Origin: Candidatus Sulfomarinibacteraceae bacterium
GTDB taxonomy: Bacteria > Acidobacteriota > Thermoanaerobaculia > Thermoanaerobaculales > Sulfomarinibacteraceae
Direction of reading: 5' to 3'
Length of the DNA: 64,000 bases
NCBI GenBank assembly: GCA_963796455.1
Contig: CAWCLO010000006.1
Span: 64,001 to 128,000, forward strand
Positions 34,661 through 44,708 of the stretch are shown here, one piece after another (position 1 is the stretch's first letter; each line of letters opens with the position of its first letter). The position numbers were made by a program, and so were the translations under genes. Below the pieces are notes generated by a model, which saw only the letters and a list, made by a program, of their open reading frames with translations, searched no databases and was not told the DNA's origin.

Positions 34661-35829
34661 TGTTCCCCGAACTCACCGGCTTTCTTTTTCCCAATGACGT
34701 TCACATTCACTGGAGCCTGATGATCGTGATGTACCCCTACATCACCGGTCTGGTGGCCGGCGCCTTCCTCGTGTCGTCGCTTTACCACGTCTTCGGCCGC
34801 GAGGAATTCCGTCCACTCGGAAGATTCGCCCTCGCAACCGCGCTGTGTTTTCTCGCCGTCGCCGGCCTCCCCCTGCTCAATCATCTCGGCCATCCGGAGC
34901 GCGCCATCAACGTTGTCGTCACGCCCAACTTCACTTCGGCCATGGCGGGCTTCGGAATTCTCTACGCCTCATATTTCATCATCCTGCTCCTCGAAGTATG
35001 GTTTGTTTTTCGGGTCGACATCATCGAGACTGCGGCTCGCTCGCGAGGATTCAAACGATGGCTGTTCGCCACCCTGGCTCTCGGTGTCTACGACACCTCG
35101 CCCGAGGCCATTGCACTCGACAAGAGAATCACCCGAATCCTGGCTGCCATCGGCATTCCGATGGCCTGCCTCCTCCACGGATATGTCGGCTTCCTCTTTG
35201 GCGCCCTCAAGGCCAACCCCTGGTGGTCGACCCCACTCATGCCGGTCATCTTTCTGTTCTCGGCAATGGTCTCCGGAATCGCCCTCCTGATCGTGTTGTA
35301 CCAGATCGCGATGAAGCTCAAGGGCACCTCCATCGATCAACAGGCGATCGCCGCCATGTCGCGATGGCTTTGGCTCTTCATGATCATGTCGCTGACTATG
35401 GAGCTACTCGAGATCATGATGCTTGCCTACGAACGGGCCGAGGAGTGGGAGGTCATCGGTCACCTGCTCACTCACCAACTCTCCTTTTCCTTTATCTCGC
35501 TGCAAATGGTCGGCGGCGGTCTGATTCCACTGATCCTGCTCGGGATCGTGGTTCTGATGGACCGCTACCTGGATGATCACATCCGCAATACGCTGTCAAT
35601 GGTCGCGTCGTTGCTGCTTCTGCTCCAGGTGCTCTCAATGCGTTGGAACGTCGTCATCGGCGGCCAGATGTTTTCCAAGAGCATGAGGGGATTCCGCGAG
35701 ACCTACGTACCCGGGATGTTCGAGAAGGAGGGCATCCTCGCGGCGGCTGCGATTCTCTTCATTCCGTTCGTTCTGCTGGTCATCTTCGAAAGAGTACTGC
35801 CGACCTTCCGCCACCTCGAAGAGGGCTAG
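34660..35829 (+). CDS. NrfD/PsrC-family quinol-interacting membrane subunit
   Basis: YPYITGLVAG, HLGHPER, SAMAGFG, LHGYVGFLFG, WWSTPLMPVIFLFSAMVSG, RWNVVIGGQ. ATG overlaps the preceding TGA. Confidence 0.9.
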   Translation: MFPELTGFLFPNDVHIHWSLMIVMYPYITGLVAGAFLVSSLYHVFGREEFRPLGRFALATALCFLAVAGLPLLNHLGHPERAINVVVTPNFTSAMAGFGILYASYFIILLLEVWFVFRVDIIETAARSRGFKRWLFATLALGVYDTSPEAIALDKRITRILAAIGIPMACLLHGYVGFLFGALKANPWWSTPLMPVIFLFSAMVSGIALLIVLYQIAMKLKGTSIDQQAIAAMSRWLWLFMIMSLTMELLEIMMLAYERAEEWEVIGHLLTHQLSFSFISLQMVGGGLIPLILLGIVVLMDRYLDDHIRNTLSMVASLLLLLQVLSMRWNVVIGGQMFSKSMRGFRETYVPGMFEKEGILAAAAILFIPFVLLVIFERVLPTFRHLEEG

Positions 35830-35895
35830 CCACCCGGTGGCAGCGTTAACTTCGCCACCGACCCGCTACAATGAAACAGCGTATCGGAGGCCCAA

Positions 35896-36189
35896 ATGAA
35901 AACTGACGAGATTAAGCGATTGTACGAGTGGATCCAGAGCCGGGTGAGCGTGGGCGACGGCAACCCGGTTGCCATCGTATTCGCCGAACCGACCGCTGCC
36001 GATTTCACCGATCAAGGTTTCGAAGGAGACGCCCTCCATCTGACCCTCAGGGCCGACTGGTGGCCTGAGATGGTAACCGACATCGTCGAGACACCTGAGT
36101 TCGCCGAACCCGGCGAAACCCCGGAGCAGATTCTCGAATACGCCCGGGATGTAGTGAAGGAGTACGTGGCGAAGAGGCTGTATACGTAG
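35896..36189 (+). CDS. Hypothetical acidic protein (97 aa)
   Basis: GGAGG RBS and typical codon usage; fills the gap before the his operon end. Confidence 0.7.
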   Translation: MKTDEIKRLYEWIQSRVSVGDGNPVAIVFAEPTAADFTDQGFEGDALHLTLRADWWPEMVTDIVETPEFAEPGETPEQILEYARDVVKEYVAKRLYT

Positions 36190-36385
36190 GCTTGGGGCTT
36201 GGGGCTTGAGGCTTGGGCCTTGATGTGACGAGAGTCGACGGAACCTGATATCCACAGGGCGCAGACCACAGCGCCCCGCAGCCACACTGCCTGCGTGGAG
36301 CCCCCCCTCAATCACAGACCGCAGATTACGAAGATGAACGCAGACGTTATTTCCTTATCTGCGTCTCTCTGCGTTATCTGCGATT
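36189..36385. repeat. (ggcttgg)n run and inverted pair of (cgcagat)-type repeats
   Basis: ggcttggggcttggggcttgaggcttggg (from 36189); ccgcagattacgaagatgaacgcagac (36319-36345) facing atctgcgtctctctgcgttatctgcg (36357-36382). Confidence 0.7.
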
Positions 36386-37665
36386 TCTCCGCCCTGCGGA
36401 ACCCCGTCACTTTCCAGCCGGCGTTCGGCGGCCCGTGCGTGGGCTTCGAGGCCTTCCATTCGTGCCAGACGCACGGCGTCTTCCACAACCGGCCGGGCGG
36501 CGGCGAGGTCATCGACCTCCATCCAGGTTCGAATTCGAAGAAAATCGAAGACCGACAATCCACCCTGATAGCGGGCGACGCCACCTGTGGGCAGGGTGTG
36601 GTTCGGACCGGCGCCATAGTCGCCCAGAACCTCAGCACTCCCCGTTCCGATGAAGAGTCCGCCCCAGTGCCGCAGCCGGGCAGCCACCTCTGAAGCGTCC
36701 TCGGTCATGACCTGAAGATGCTCGGGCGCCAAGCGGTCGCAAACATCGATGGCAGCCCGCAGATTGTCCGCCACCACCCGGAAGCCCCGAGCAAGGGCCG
36801 CCTCCGCGACTTCGCGAGTGGGCAATCCTTCGAGTTGAGCTTCGATCGCCTCCGCCACCTCGTCCGCCAGGCCTTTCGAGGTCGTCACCAGCACCGGCAA
36901 CGCGTCGGGGTCATGTTCGGCCTGAGCCAGGAGATCGGCGGCAACCACCGACGCGTCGGCCGAGTCGTCGGCCAGGACCACCAGTTCCGAGGGACCGGCC
37001 AGCATATCGATCCCGACCCGGCCGGCCACCAGCTGTTTGGCAGCCGTGACCCAACGATTTCCAGGTCCGACCACCACTTCGCACCCACTCATCGAGCCGA
37101 GGCCGTAGGCCAGGGCAGCGATCGCGTGGGCACCCCCTACCGCCAGGACGCCGTCGGCCCCCGCGATCGCGGCCGCCGCAAGGGTCGTCGTTGTCGGGCG
37201 CGGTGAGGCAACCCAAACCTCCTCGACTCCGGCAACCCGGGCGGTGACCGCTGTCATCAGAACCGACGACGGCAAAGGGTAGCGACCACCCGGGGCGTAA
37301 CACCCCGCCCGTTCCACCGCATCGACGCGGTGGCCCGCCGATCCGCCATCGATCTCGGTGTGCAAATCGGACAGACAGTCGCGCTGGGCCCGGGCAAAGG
37401 TCGATATCCGATCCGCGGTCCTCTGCAACAGCCGTCGGTCTTCAACCGTGACCCGGGTCAGCGCATTTTCCAGGCCGTCGCGCGTGATCAAAAGCTCGTC
37501 GCCCTCCCCGACCTCGGCAAAACGTACCGCCCACTCTCTGACAGCGGCCTCACCGCGACGGCGCACATCGTCGACGATCCGAGCCGCCTCGGTCAGGGTA
37601 TCCGGGGCTACCGCCACACGTTGCAGCCGTCGAACATCGTTTGCGTCGAGGTGGGGCCAGATCAT
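36355..37665 (-). CDS. hisD: Histidinol dehydrogenase
   Basis: YAPGGRYPLPSSVLM, VGPGNRWV, IDMLAGPSE, QAEHD, APEHL, GDYGAGPNHTLPT, GLEAHARA. Confidence 0.95.
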   Translation of the reverse strand: MIWPHLDANDVRRLQRVAVAPDTLTEAARIVDDVRRRGEAAVREWAVRFAEVGEGDELLITRDGLENALTRVTVEDRRLLQRTADRISTFARAQRDCLSDLHTEIDGGSAGHRVDAVERAGCYAPGGRYPLPSSVLMTAVTARVAGVEEVWVASPRPTTTTLAAAAIAGADGVLAVGGAHAIAALAYGLGSMSGCEVVVGPGNRWVTAAKQLVAGRVGIDMLAGPSELVVLADDSADASVVAADLLAQAEHDPDALPVLVTTSKGLADEVAEAIEAQLEGLPTREVAEAALARGFRVVADNLRAAIDVCDRLAPEHLQVMTEDASEVAARLRHWGGLFIGTGSAEVLGDYGAGPNHTLPTGGVARYQGGLSVFDFLRIRTWMEVDDLAAARPVVEDAVRLARMEGLEAHARAAERRLESDGVPQGGEIADNAERRR

Positions 37666-38936
37666 CCGTCGTCTCCGCCGGCAAAGGTAGTGCTGCCGTC
37701 CCGCCGCCGCGCCGCCAGACCGCGCCGATCGAGTTCCGCCATGACCTCCGCAAATCTGACGCCCTGGCTCGCCAGCGCCGCTGCGGTGAAATAGACAAGA
37801 TCCGCCGCCTCCCACACCACTTCATCGTGGGTGGTCGCTTCGGCAAGCTCCGCCGCCTCCTCGCTCAGCTTGGCCGCCAACAGCTCGGGGTCTGCCGCCA
37901 AGCGGGCGGTAAACGAATCCTGGGGAGCTGCGGCGATCCGCTCTTCCAACCGGCGCTCGAGAGGCCCCAGCCCACGATCGGGGCCCCAACAGGTCGCCGT
38001 ATCGTGATGGCAAAAACCCGCGCCATGTTGGCGCACCGTAAAACGGAGAGCATCACGATCACAATCAGCATCGACCCGCAGCAATTCTTGGATCGCACCC
38101 GATGTCTCACCCTTGACCCACAGGCCCCTCGATCTCGACTGATACACGCCGCGCCGCTGTTCGAAGGCCTCCCTCAGGCTGTCAGCACTCGAATAGGCGA
38201 GCCCCAAAGCGACACCCAGCTCATCGACCACGACCGTCGGCCAGAGACCGTCCTGCCGGTCGCTCACGAGCGGTGCTGCAAATGCATCGGCCAACCCGAG
38301 TTTTCCGGTATAGATGGCCATCCCCACCTGGGCGTCGGCGCCGAGACTGTCGAGGGCCGCGACGTCGTCGGCGGTGGTGACGCCACCGGCCACCGTGACC
38401 GGCACGCCGTCTGCCGCCTCCACAACCCGTTCCGCCGCGGCGAGATCAATCCCGCCGAGACGACCTTCTCGTTCGACAAAGGTCACAAGAAAGGAGCCGA
38501 CGAACTCTCGCAACTCGGCCACGCGGTCGAGCACACTCGCACCGGTTCCGCGTTGCCATCCCTCCACCACCACCTCACCGTTGACGCCGTCGAGAGCAGC
38601 CATTACCCGCTCGCGGGGCAACTGCGAGAGGATCTCCGGCTGCGCCATGGTGCCGAGAATCACTCTTTGAGCGCCTCGATCGAGCCATTCGAGAGCCGTT
38701 TCGACGGACCGAATGCCCCCACCGACCCGGCAGGGGTAGCGCCTGACGATTTCGGTGATCACTTCCGTGTTCGATCCTCGTCCAAGGGCGGCATCGAGAT
38801 CGATGACCGCCAGATCGCCGGCCAGCGAAAACCTCTCCGCCACCAAAAGGGGGTCGCCGGCCTCGAGCGCGCGCTCGCGCCCACCGATCAACTGCACCGC
38901 TTGACCGTCCATGATGTCGATTGACGGAATGATCAC
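37662..38936 (-). CDS. hisAIE: Fused HisA-HisI-HisE (ProFAR isomerase / PR-AMP cyclohydrolase / PR-ATP pyrophosphatase)
   Basis: IIPSID..GQAVQL, IDLDAA, VGGGIRS (HisA); SRSRGLWVKGETSG, DCDRDAL, FCH..TATC (HisI); KLSEEAAEL, EAADLVY (HisE). GTG overlaps the hisF stop. Confidence 0.9.
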   Translation of the reverse strand: MIIPSIDIMDGQAVQLIGGRERALEAGDPLLVAERFSLAGDLAVIDLDAALGRGSNTEVITEIVRRYPCRVGGGIRSVETALEWLDRGAQRVILGTMAQPEILSQLPRERVMAALDGVNGEVVVEGWQRGTGASVLDRVAELREFVGSFLVTFVEREGRLGGIDLAAAERVVEAADGVPVTVAGGVTTADDVAALDSLGADAQVGMAIYTGKLGLADAFAAPLVSDRQDGLWPTVVVDELGVALGLAYSSADSLREAFEQRRGVYQSRSRGLWVKGETSGAIQELLRVDADCDRDALRFTVRQHGAGFCHHDTATCWGPDRGLGPLERRLEERIAAAPQDSFTARLAADPELLAAKLSEEAAELAEATTHDEVVWEAADLVYFTAAALASQGVRFAEVMAELDRRGLAARRRDGSTTFAGGDDG

Positions 38937-39685
38937 AACCGCACCCCCGAACCGAGAGAGGCCAACTGGTGTTTGAGCGCCCGAACCGTGGTGACACCAT
39001 CGTGGAGAATGGATGCCGCCAGCACCGCATCGGCGCCCGCAAAAAGCGCCTGCGCCATGTGCTCGGCACCGTCCGCACCGCCGGAGGCGATCACAGGTAC
39101 CGAGACCGCCCCGGTGACCGCTTTGAGCAGATCGAGATCGTAGCCGGCACCGGTGCCATCTCGATCCCAGCTGGTCAGAAGGATCTCTCCGGCACCGAGA
39201 TCGACGGCCGTCGTCGCCCACTCGACCACATCGAGATCAAGTCGATCCCGCCCCGAGCGAACGACCACTCGCCAGCTCGATCCTTCTCTGGCCGCATCCA
39301 AGGCCAGAACCGTGCACTGGCTGCCGAATCTCTGCGCCATCTCGGCGAGGAGCTCCGGACGCTCCACCGCAGCCGTGTTGATGGCAACCTTGTCGGCTCC
39401 GGCTTCGAGAAGCTGTTGCGCATCCTGCAACCGACGAACCCCACCACCCACGGTGAGCGGGATCGGGAGCTTTCGTCGCACCAAACGAACCGTTTCGAGC
39501 GCGTGTCCGCGTGCTTCAGGAGTCGCACTGACATCGAGCAGGACCAATTCATCGGCCCCCTGCCGGGCGTAGAGGCCTGCCAACTCCGCCGGGTCGCCGG
39601 CATCCCGAAGCGCTTGGAACTGAACACCTTTGACCACTCGCCCCGCGTTGACATCGAGGCAGGGAATCACCCGTCGCATCAGCAT
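38933..39685 (-). CDS. hisF: Imidazole glycerol phosphate synthase, cyclase subunit
   Basis: RVIPCLDV..GRVVKGV, GADELVLLD, PLTVGGG, GAGEILLTS.DRDGT, PVIASGG. Confidence 0.96.
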   Translation of the reverse strand: MLMRRVIPCLDVNAGRVVKGVQFQALRDAGDPAELAGLYARQGADELVLLDVSATPEARGHALETVRLVRRKLPIPLTVGGGVRRLQDAQQLLEAGADKVAINTAAVERPELLAEMAQRFGSQCTVLALDAAREGSSWRVVVRSGRDRLDLDVVEWATTAVDLGAGEILLTSWDRDGTGAGYDLDLLKAVTGAVSVPVIASGGADGAEHMAQALFAGADAVLAASILHDGVTTVRALKHQLASLGSGVRL

Positions 39686-40293
39686 GGGGCACCTCCGGCA
39701 CAATCCAACCACCGGGTGAGAAGATCTGCACCCCACGAACCGGAGAGTTCAGGGTGAAATTGGCAACCCAGGACATTGCCCCGCTCGACCGCCGCCACAA
39801 AGGGCCCACCATGGTCACTCGTGGCGACGCCCCAGCCGGTGATCGCACCGGTCAAACGGTAGGAGTTGGCGAAGTAGGCCGCCCCGCCGGTCAGAAGTCT
39901 GCACGAAGAGTCCGCCTCGACGGCATTCCACCCGAGCTGCGGCACAACCACAGTTGGCGGAAATTTCGAAGCTCGTACCGGGAGCAACCCGAGACCTTCG
40001 ACTCCCTCTCCTTCTTCACTTCCGAGCGCCAAAAATTGTAGACCGAGGCATATGGCCAGGGTCGGTCGGTCTTCCTCGACCCGACTTCGGATCGCATCCG
40101 CCATTCCGGTTTCCCGCAGCCCTCTGACAACCGGAGCGAAGGAACCGACCCCGGGGAGCACCACCCGCTTGGCGTGCCGAACCGCAAAAACATTGTCGGT
40201 CACAGCAATCGAGCACTCGAGGCGTTCGAAGGCAGCCACCACCGAGGCCAGATTGGCGGCACCGGTGCGGACGATGCTGACATCGGCACTCAC
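39679..40293 (-). CDS. hisH: Imidazole glycerol phosphate synthase, glutaminase subunit
   Basis: [29 protein letters not shown] start overlaps the hisB stop. Confidence 0.93.
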   Translation of the reverse strand: MSADVSIVRTGAANLASVVAAFERLECSIAVTDNVFAVRHAKRVVLPGVGSFAPVVRGLRETGMADAIRSRVEEDRPTLAICLGLQFLALGSEEGEGVEGLGLLPVRASKFPPTVVVPQLGWNAVEADSSCRLLTGGAAYFANSYRLTGAITGWGVATSDHGGPFVAAVERGNVLGCQFHPELSGSWGADLLTRWLDCAGGAPC

Positions 40294-40892
40294 GGGCCCT
40301 GCTCCGCTTCGAGGGTGCCTTTCGTGCTCGGCACCGATTGTCCGGTGACTGCCGTGGCTTCGCGCAGCGCGAGAGCCAGAGCCTTGAACGCCGCCTCCGC
40401 TCGATGATGATCGTTGGTGCCCCGAAGGACGTCGACGTGGACTGCGGCCCGCATGGTCATCGCCAGAGAGATCAACACATGCGCCACGTTTTCGCACGCC
40501 AGCCCGCCCAGCGCCTCGCGCTGGAGCCCGAGGTCGATCTGCGGCCACGGGCGACCCGAAAAATCCACCACCGCACGAGCCAACGCCTCGTCGAGCGGCG
40601 CATGGGCAGTCCCGAATCTTACGATACCGATCCTCGAGCCGAGGGCGGTATCGATGGCCGTGCCAAGGGCCAGGGCGCAGTCTTCGGCGCTGTGGTGGTC
40701 ATCGATCTCGAGATCGCCGCGGCACTCCAGATCGAGATCCCACCCGGCATGGAAGGCGAGCGAGGTCAACAGGTGATCGAGAAATCCGATGCCGGTGGCG
40801 ACGGATATCTTTTGCCGGCCATCGAGGTTGAGACGGCCCCGTATGTCGGTTTCACGGGTCACTCGTTCGATCGAAGCGATGCGGTCGGTCAT
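40290..40892 (-). CDS. hisB: Imidazoleglycerol-phosphate dehydratase (monofunctional)
   Basis: [41 protein letters not shown]. Confidence 0.96.
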   Translation of the reverse strand: MTDRIASIERVTRETDIRGRLNLDGRQKISVATGIGFLDHLLTSLAFHAGWDLDLECRGDLEIDDHHSAEDCALALGTAIDTALGSRIGIVRFGTAHAPLDEALARAVVDFSGRPWPQIDLGLQREALGGLACENVAHVLISLAMTMRAAVHVDVLRGTNDHHRAEAAFKALALALREATAVTGQSVPSTKGTLEAEQGP

Positions 40893-42601
40893 GACAGCTC
40901 CTTTTCGAGGTCGGCTGGTTTGTCGAGCACACAGGCCGCTCCTGCAGCAGCGAGAATTTGCGCGGCCGCCAGGGGATCCTCCCCCGGTGCAGTGATGCCT
41001 ACCGGCAGAACCCCCGCGGCGCGCGCCGCCTGCAGATCGTCGGGCGTGTCGCCCACCATCCAGGCAGTCTCTACACCGAGCCTCTCGAGGGCGAGCCGCA
41101 CCGGTGCCGGATCCGGTTTCGATGGTGCGTCTTCCATGCAGATCACGGTCTGGAAGTACTCCGAAATACCGTGATCCACGAGAAAGCGCTCGGCGTCCGC
41201 CCGCGGCCGCCCCGTGACGACGCCGAGGGGGCGCAGACCCGACATTCTCGCCAGCGCTTCCGGGTCGAATCGAGGTGTCTCGAAGCGCCGTAAACCGGGC
41301 ACCTCGTCGATCCCTTGGTAGTGGCTTTCAAATCGATCAGTGACCTCATCGAGAGCAACTTCAACACCGCGTTCCGCCAACAACCGTTGCGTGAGACGCC
41401 AGTCATTGTTGGCGTCACCCGAAGCCTTGGCAGCGGCGATGTCTCCAGCGCTGATCTCGACGCCCCATTCGGCGGCGGTCTCGATGATCGCCCTTCGATA
41501 GGACCCGGAGACATCGGCCAACACCCCGTCGAGATCGAAGAGGACCGCGTCGGGCCTCACAACTGTCCGCAGTCCGCGCTCGAGGCGTCGCCAGCTCTCG
41601 GTCTCGCCCGGCAACGTGATCCGGAGCCAACCGCCCACACCCGGACGACCAGGAAATTGTCGCACCGAGATACCGAGGCCACCGAGGCGGTTCCACACCC
41701 GGTCGGCATCACTGAAGCGGGCAAAAACAAAACTCGCCTGCGACGGCAGGACCTCGGCGGCGATCTCGCTGAGAAGCTCGGTCAGTTGTTCCCGTTGCTC
41801 CCGGATCAGGGCAATCCGCTGCAAATCGGGCCCGTCCTCAACCGCTGTCAGCGCCGCATCGATCGACAGGACCGAGACCGGAAAGGGCTGACCGACCCGG
41901 CGCAACCAGTCGATCACCCGGGGATCGCCGATTGCACAGCCGACGCGGAGCCCGGCACCGGCCCACGCCTTTGAAAAGGTGCGGACGATGACCACGTTGG
42001 GCGAAGCCAGTGCGATATCGGTGAGATCGAATTCCGGCTCCGTGAAATCGATGTAGGCCTGATCGAGCAGAATGAGGACCTTCGGCAGACGCTGCACCAG
42101 ATCGCTGAACGCCTTTTTCGAAACCACCGCACCGGTAGGATTCGATGGGCTCACAACCGCCACCAGACCCGCCGAATCGGCGGCGCGCCGGCACACCTCA
42201 TCGACCGGGAAATCCCCCGACCACCACTCCACCTCATCGACTTCGGCACCGTTTGTGCGAACAAAACGGCGGATCATTCCATAACTCGGCGTCGTCAGGA
42301 CCGCCTTGCGATCAGGACCGGTCACAACGCGAATCGTGCGTTCGAGCGCATCGTCGGCACCGCAGGTCACGAGCACCGACTCCGGCCCGACCCTCAGGCG
42401 TGCCGCGATCGCAGATTCGAGGGCTTGCTTGTCCGGATAGCGGTTGACTGCCGGCACGAGCCCATCGAGGGCAGGCGGCGGCGCCAGGCTTTCGTTGAAA
42501 TCGAGCACCAGATCGGGATCCACACCCGGCCGATTGATCACATATGGTGTGAGTTCGGCGATGACGGCATTCGGCTCCACGAGCAACGGAAGGTCTTCCA
42601 T
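40889..42601 (-). CDS. hisC: Histidinol-phosphate aminotransferase fused to a HAD phosphatase
   Basis: LDFNE, NRYPD, SPSNPTG, DQAY, RTFSKAW.GAGLRVG; then [26 protein letters not shown]. Confidence 0.92.
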   Translation of the reverse strand: MEDLPLLVEPNAVIAELTPYVINRPGVDPDLVLDFNESLAPPPALDGLVPAVNRYPDKQALESAIAARLRVGPESVLVTCGADDALERTIRVVTGPDRKAVLTTPSYGMIRRFVRTNGAEVDEVEWWSGDFPVDEVCRRAADSAGLVAVVSPSNPTGAVVSKKAFSDLVQRLPKVLILLDQAYIDFTEPEFDLTDIALASPNVVIVRTFSKAWAGAGLRVGCAIGDPRVIDWLRRVGQPFPVSVLSIDAALTAVEDGPDLQRIALIREQREQLTELLSEIAAEVLPSQASFVFARFSDADRVWNRLGGLGISVRQFPGRPGVGGWLRITLPGETESWRRLERGLRTVVRPDAVLFDLDGVLADVSGSYRRAIIETAAEWGVEISAGDIAAAKASGDANNDWRLTQRLLAERGVEVALDEVTDRFESHYQGIDEVPGLRRFETPRFDPEALARMSGLRPLGVVTGRPRADAERFLVDHGISEYFQTVICMEDAPSKPDPAPVRLALERLGVETAWMVGDTPDDLQAARAAGVLPVGITAPGEDPLAAAQILAAAGAACVLDKPADLEKELS

Positions 42602-42611
42602 CCTCTGCCTC

Positions 42612-43487
42612 CTAGGCCACGATCTGGGCCAAGCGGGTCACCACGATATCCGACCCTCCGGCAGCCTTGATCCGGGGCACCACTTCGGCGAGCACCTTGC
42701 GCGGCACTGCTGCCTTGACGGCAAATCCCTCACCCCCCGCCAGGGGCGAGATGGTCGGCTGACGCATGCAGGGCAGCACATCGAGCAATGCAGGCAGTGC
42801 TTCTTCAGTCACGTTGACCTCGACCATGACTCTCTGGCGCGCTTCCAACACGCTTTCGACAAGGAGCACGAGGTCCTCGATGATCGCCCGGCGCTGCCGA
42901 TCCTCCAGTGCTCTCGGACAGGCGTATAGCCGGGTCGATGAACTCATCAACTCATCGACAATCTGCAGATCGTTGGCGTCGAGAGTCGAGCCGGTGGCTG
43001 TGTTGTCGACGATGAGATCGGCATCCTCGGGTGGGAAGACCTCGGTCGCCCCGTACGAACGCACAAAGGTCGCATCGAGACCACGTTCATCGATCCAGGA
43101 CCGGGTCAGCCGCTCGTACTCCGAGGCCACCACCAGAGCCCGGTCGGGCAAGGCTCCTTCCACCAGCATGGCGGTGGGGGCGGCCGCCACAACGCGCACC
43201 GGGTCGAGGCCGGTATCGACAAGTTCGACCAGGTCACCATCCAGTTCGGCCACCCAGTCGGCACCGGCAAAACCCACGTCCCGCGAGGCTGCGTGCAGCA
43301 TCTTGACGATGTTCTGAGGTTTGAGGATCTTGACCTCGCAGCCCTCGAGGGTCACGTGGGGCCGGTAGGACCGTGCGGTCTGGCTGACCGATATGCCGGC
43401 ATCAGCAAGCACGCCGACCACATTCTCGTACATCCTCCCTTTCGGGATCGCAAGCCGCAGCAAGTTCGCGCCTTTGATTTCAGCCAT
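42612..43487 (-). CDS. hisG: ATP phosphoribosyltransferase (long form)
   Basis: LAIPKGRM, GATEVFP..ADLIVD..TGSTL..N.L, and a C-terminal regulatory domain (PTISPL). Confidence 0.95.
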   Translation of the reverse strand: MAEIKGANLLRLAIPKGRMYENVVGVLADAGISVSQTARSYRPHVTLEGCEVKILKPQNIVKMLHAASRDVGFAGADWVAELDGDLVELVDTGLDPVRVVAAAPTAMLVEGALPDRALVVASEYERLTRSWIDERGLDATFVRSYGATEVFPPEDADLIVDNTATGSTLDANDLQIVDELMSSSTRLYACPRALEDRQRRAIIEDLVLLVESVLEARQRVMVEVNVTEEALPALLDVLPCMRQPTISPLAGGEGFAVKAAVPRKVLAEVVPRIKAAGGSDIVVTRLAQIVA

Positions 43488-43516
43488 GTTTCCTTCCTCA
43501 TGCCGGATGCGACGCC

Positions 43517-43545
43517 AAAAAAAAGACGCCGGCGGGGCCGGCGTC
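43517..43545 (-). terminator. Intrinsic terminator of the his attenuator
   Basis: Minus strand: GACGCCGGC-CCC-GCCGGCGTC-TTTTTTTT, 29 nt before the hisG ATG. Confidence 0.9.
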
Positions 43546-43574
43546 GTGGTTTCGGTTGTTAATTCCCTACACCA

Positions 43575-43628
43575 TCACCGTGCCCCGTTGGGGATGTCGT
43601 CGTGGTGATGGTGGTGCAAAACGTTCAT
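43575..43628 (-). CDS. hisL: his operon leader peptide (17 aa)
   Basis: MNVLHHHHHDDIPNGAR*, five tandem His codons followed by the terminator. Confidence 0.92.
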   Translation of the reverse strand: MNVLHHHHHDDIPNGAR

Positions 43629-43644
43629 CGTGTACTCGAAGGGA

Positions 43645-43673
43645 AACCTAACGCCAAATGATTCTCGTGTCAA
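43645..43673 (-). promoter_or_regulatory. Sigma70-type promoter of the his leader
   Basis: TTGACA-N17-TAGGTT. Confidence 0.7.
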
Positions 43674-43696
43674 CCGGAGGGATTGGGCTGCGGAAT

Positions 43697-43824
43697 ATGG
43701 GGCAATGGGGCTATGGAGCTATGGAGCTATGGGGCTATGGATTATGGGGTCAAGGTGCAACGGAGTTCGAGCATAGAAAAAACTCAATTCAGACCCTCAT
43801 AGCCTCATGGCCTCACAGCCTCAT
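43697..43824. repeat. Octamer tandem repeats (atggggct/atggagct)n with a loosely inverted partner
   Basis: atggggcaatggggctatggagctatggagctatggggctatgg...; downstream cctcatagcctcatggcctcacagcctcat. Confidence 0.7.
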
Positions 43825-43846
43825 CGCTCGCACCAGCGGTGCGGGC

Positions 43847-44497
43847 CTACATCGTCGCGTCGGCTTCTTCGACGACTTCCTGACCGGGGGGAGCTTCGAC
43901 CCAGACCCAGCCACGCAGATCACCTTCGACAAAACCCACGGCCTGGTCATTCGGATAATCAACAGCAATCGCCGCCATGACACCTTCGTCGATTTCTTCA
44001 GCCGGACCGTGGCACATCTGGCACTCGGCCTTCATGATGATCGGCAGCAACACACCGAGCTCACCCTGCGGTCCAACCAGGTAGACCGGGGTGTCGATGC
44101 GATTGTCGACATACTCTGCCGACCACTCCGGTGCCACATTCGCCGGGTTGCGCAGCTGGTGCGACGTCCGGCCGAGCTGCAACCCATACTGTTCGGATAC
44201 GCTGGCCACGACGTCCGGAGCTTTTTCTTTGCAGACGCCGATTGCCGAGCTGGTGTCGCCGGAATCGAGCGCCGCCATCAACTCGCCCATCATTTCCGAG
44301 AACATGGCGTTGGTCGCCCCAGCAACCAACTCCTGCTGTGCCCTCTGGGTCTCGGTCATCATCTCGAGCGAGGTTTCGAGCCACTCGACCTTCTCCGGCG
44401 CCGGTTGTTCGGCGATCTCGACGGGTTTTTCCGCGGGCTTTGCGCAGCCAACCAACACGAGACAACAAACAACACTTGCCAGCAGCAGATGTCTCAT
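43847..44497 (-). CDS. DUF3365-type monoheme cytochrome c lipoprotein
   Basis: Lipobox LVGC; RTS..LRNP.N.APEW; CQMCHG; YPNDQAVGF..GDLRG. Confidence 0.87.
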   Translation of the reverse strand: MRHLLLASVVCCLVLVGCAKPAEKPVEIAEQPAPEKVEWLETSLEMMTETQRAQQELVAGATNAMFSEMMGELMAALDSGDTSSAIGVCKEKAPDVVASVSEQYGLQLGRTSHQLRNPANVAPEWSAEYVDNRIDTPVYLVGPQGELGVLLPIIMKAECQMCHGPAEEIDEGVMAAIAVDYPNDQAVGFVEGDLRGWVWVEAPPGQEVVEEADATM

Positions 44498-44662
44498 CAC
44501 GACCTCCTTTGAAGGAACAAGACGCGGGGATACTCGGCTCGGGTCGATTCCGGCCGGAGACCGCTCCCGCGAGGTTGCGGAAGAGTCCCTCTTCCGCGAA
44601 TAGTGAATTGGAGTCACACGGCCATGATCGAACTCCAAAGCTCACTTGTCAATGGCCGATGG

Positions 44663-44708
44663 TTGACGAAACGACTGATTATTATTATATTTCGCGAGAT
44701 AACGAAAT
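44663..44708 (+). promoter_or_regulatory. Promoter and ArsR-type operator of arsR-acr3
   Basis: TTGACG-N17-TATATT; inverted repeat ATTTCG-N8-CGAAAT (44689-44708) overlapping the start codon. Confidence 0.65.
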
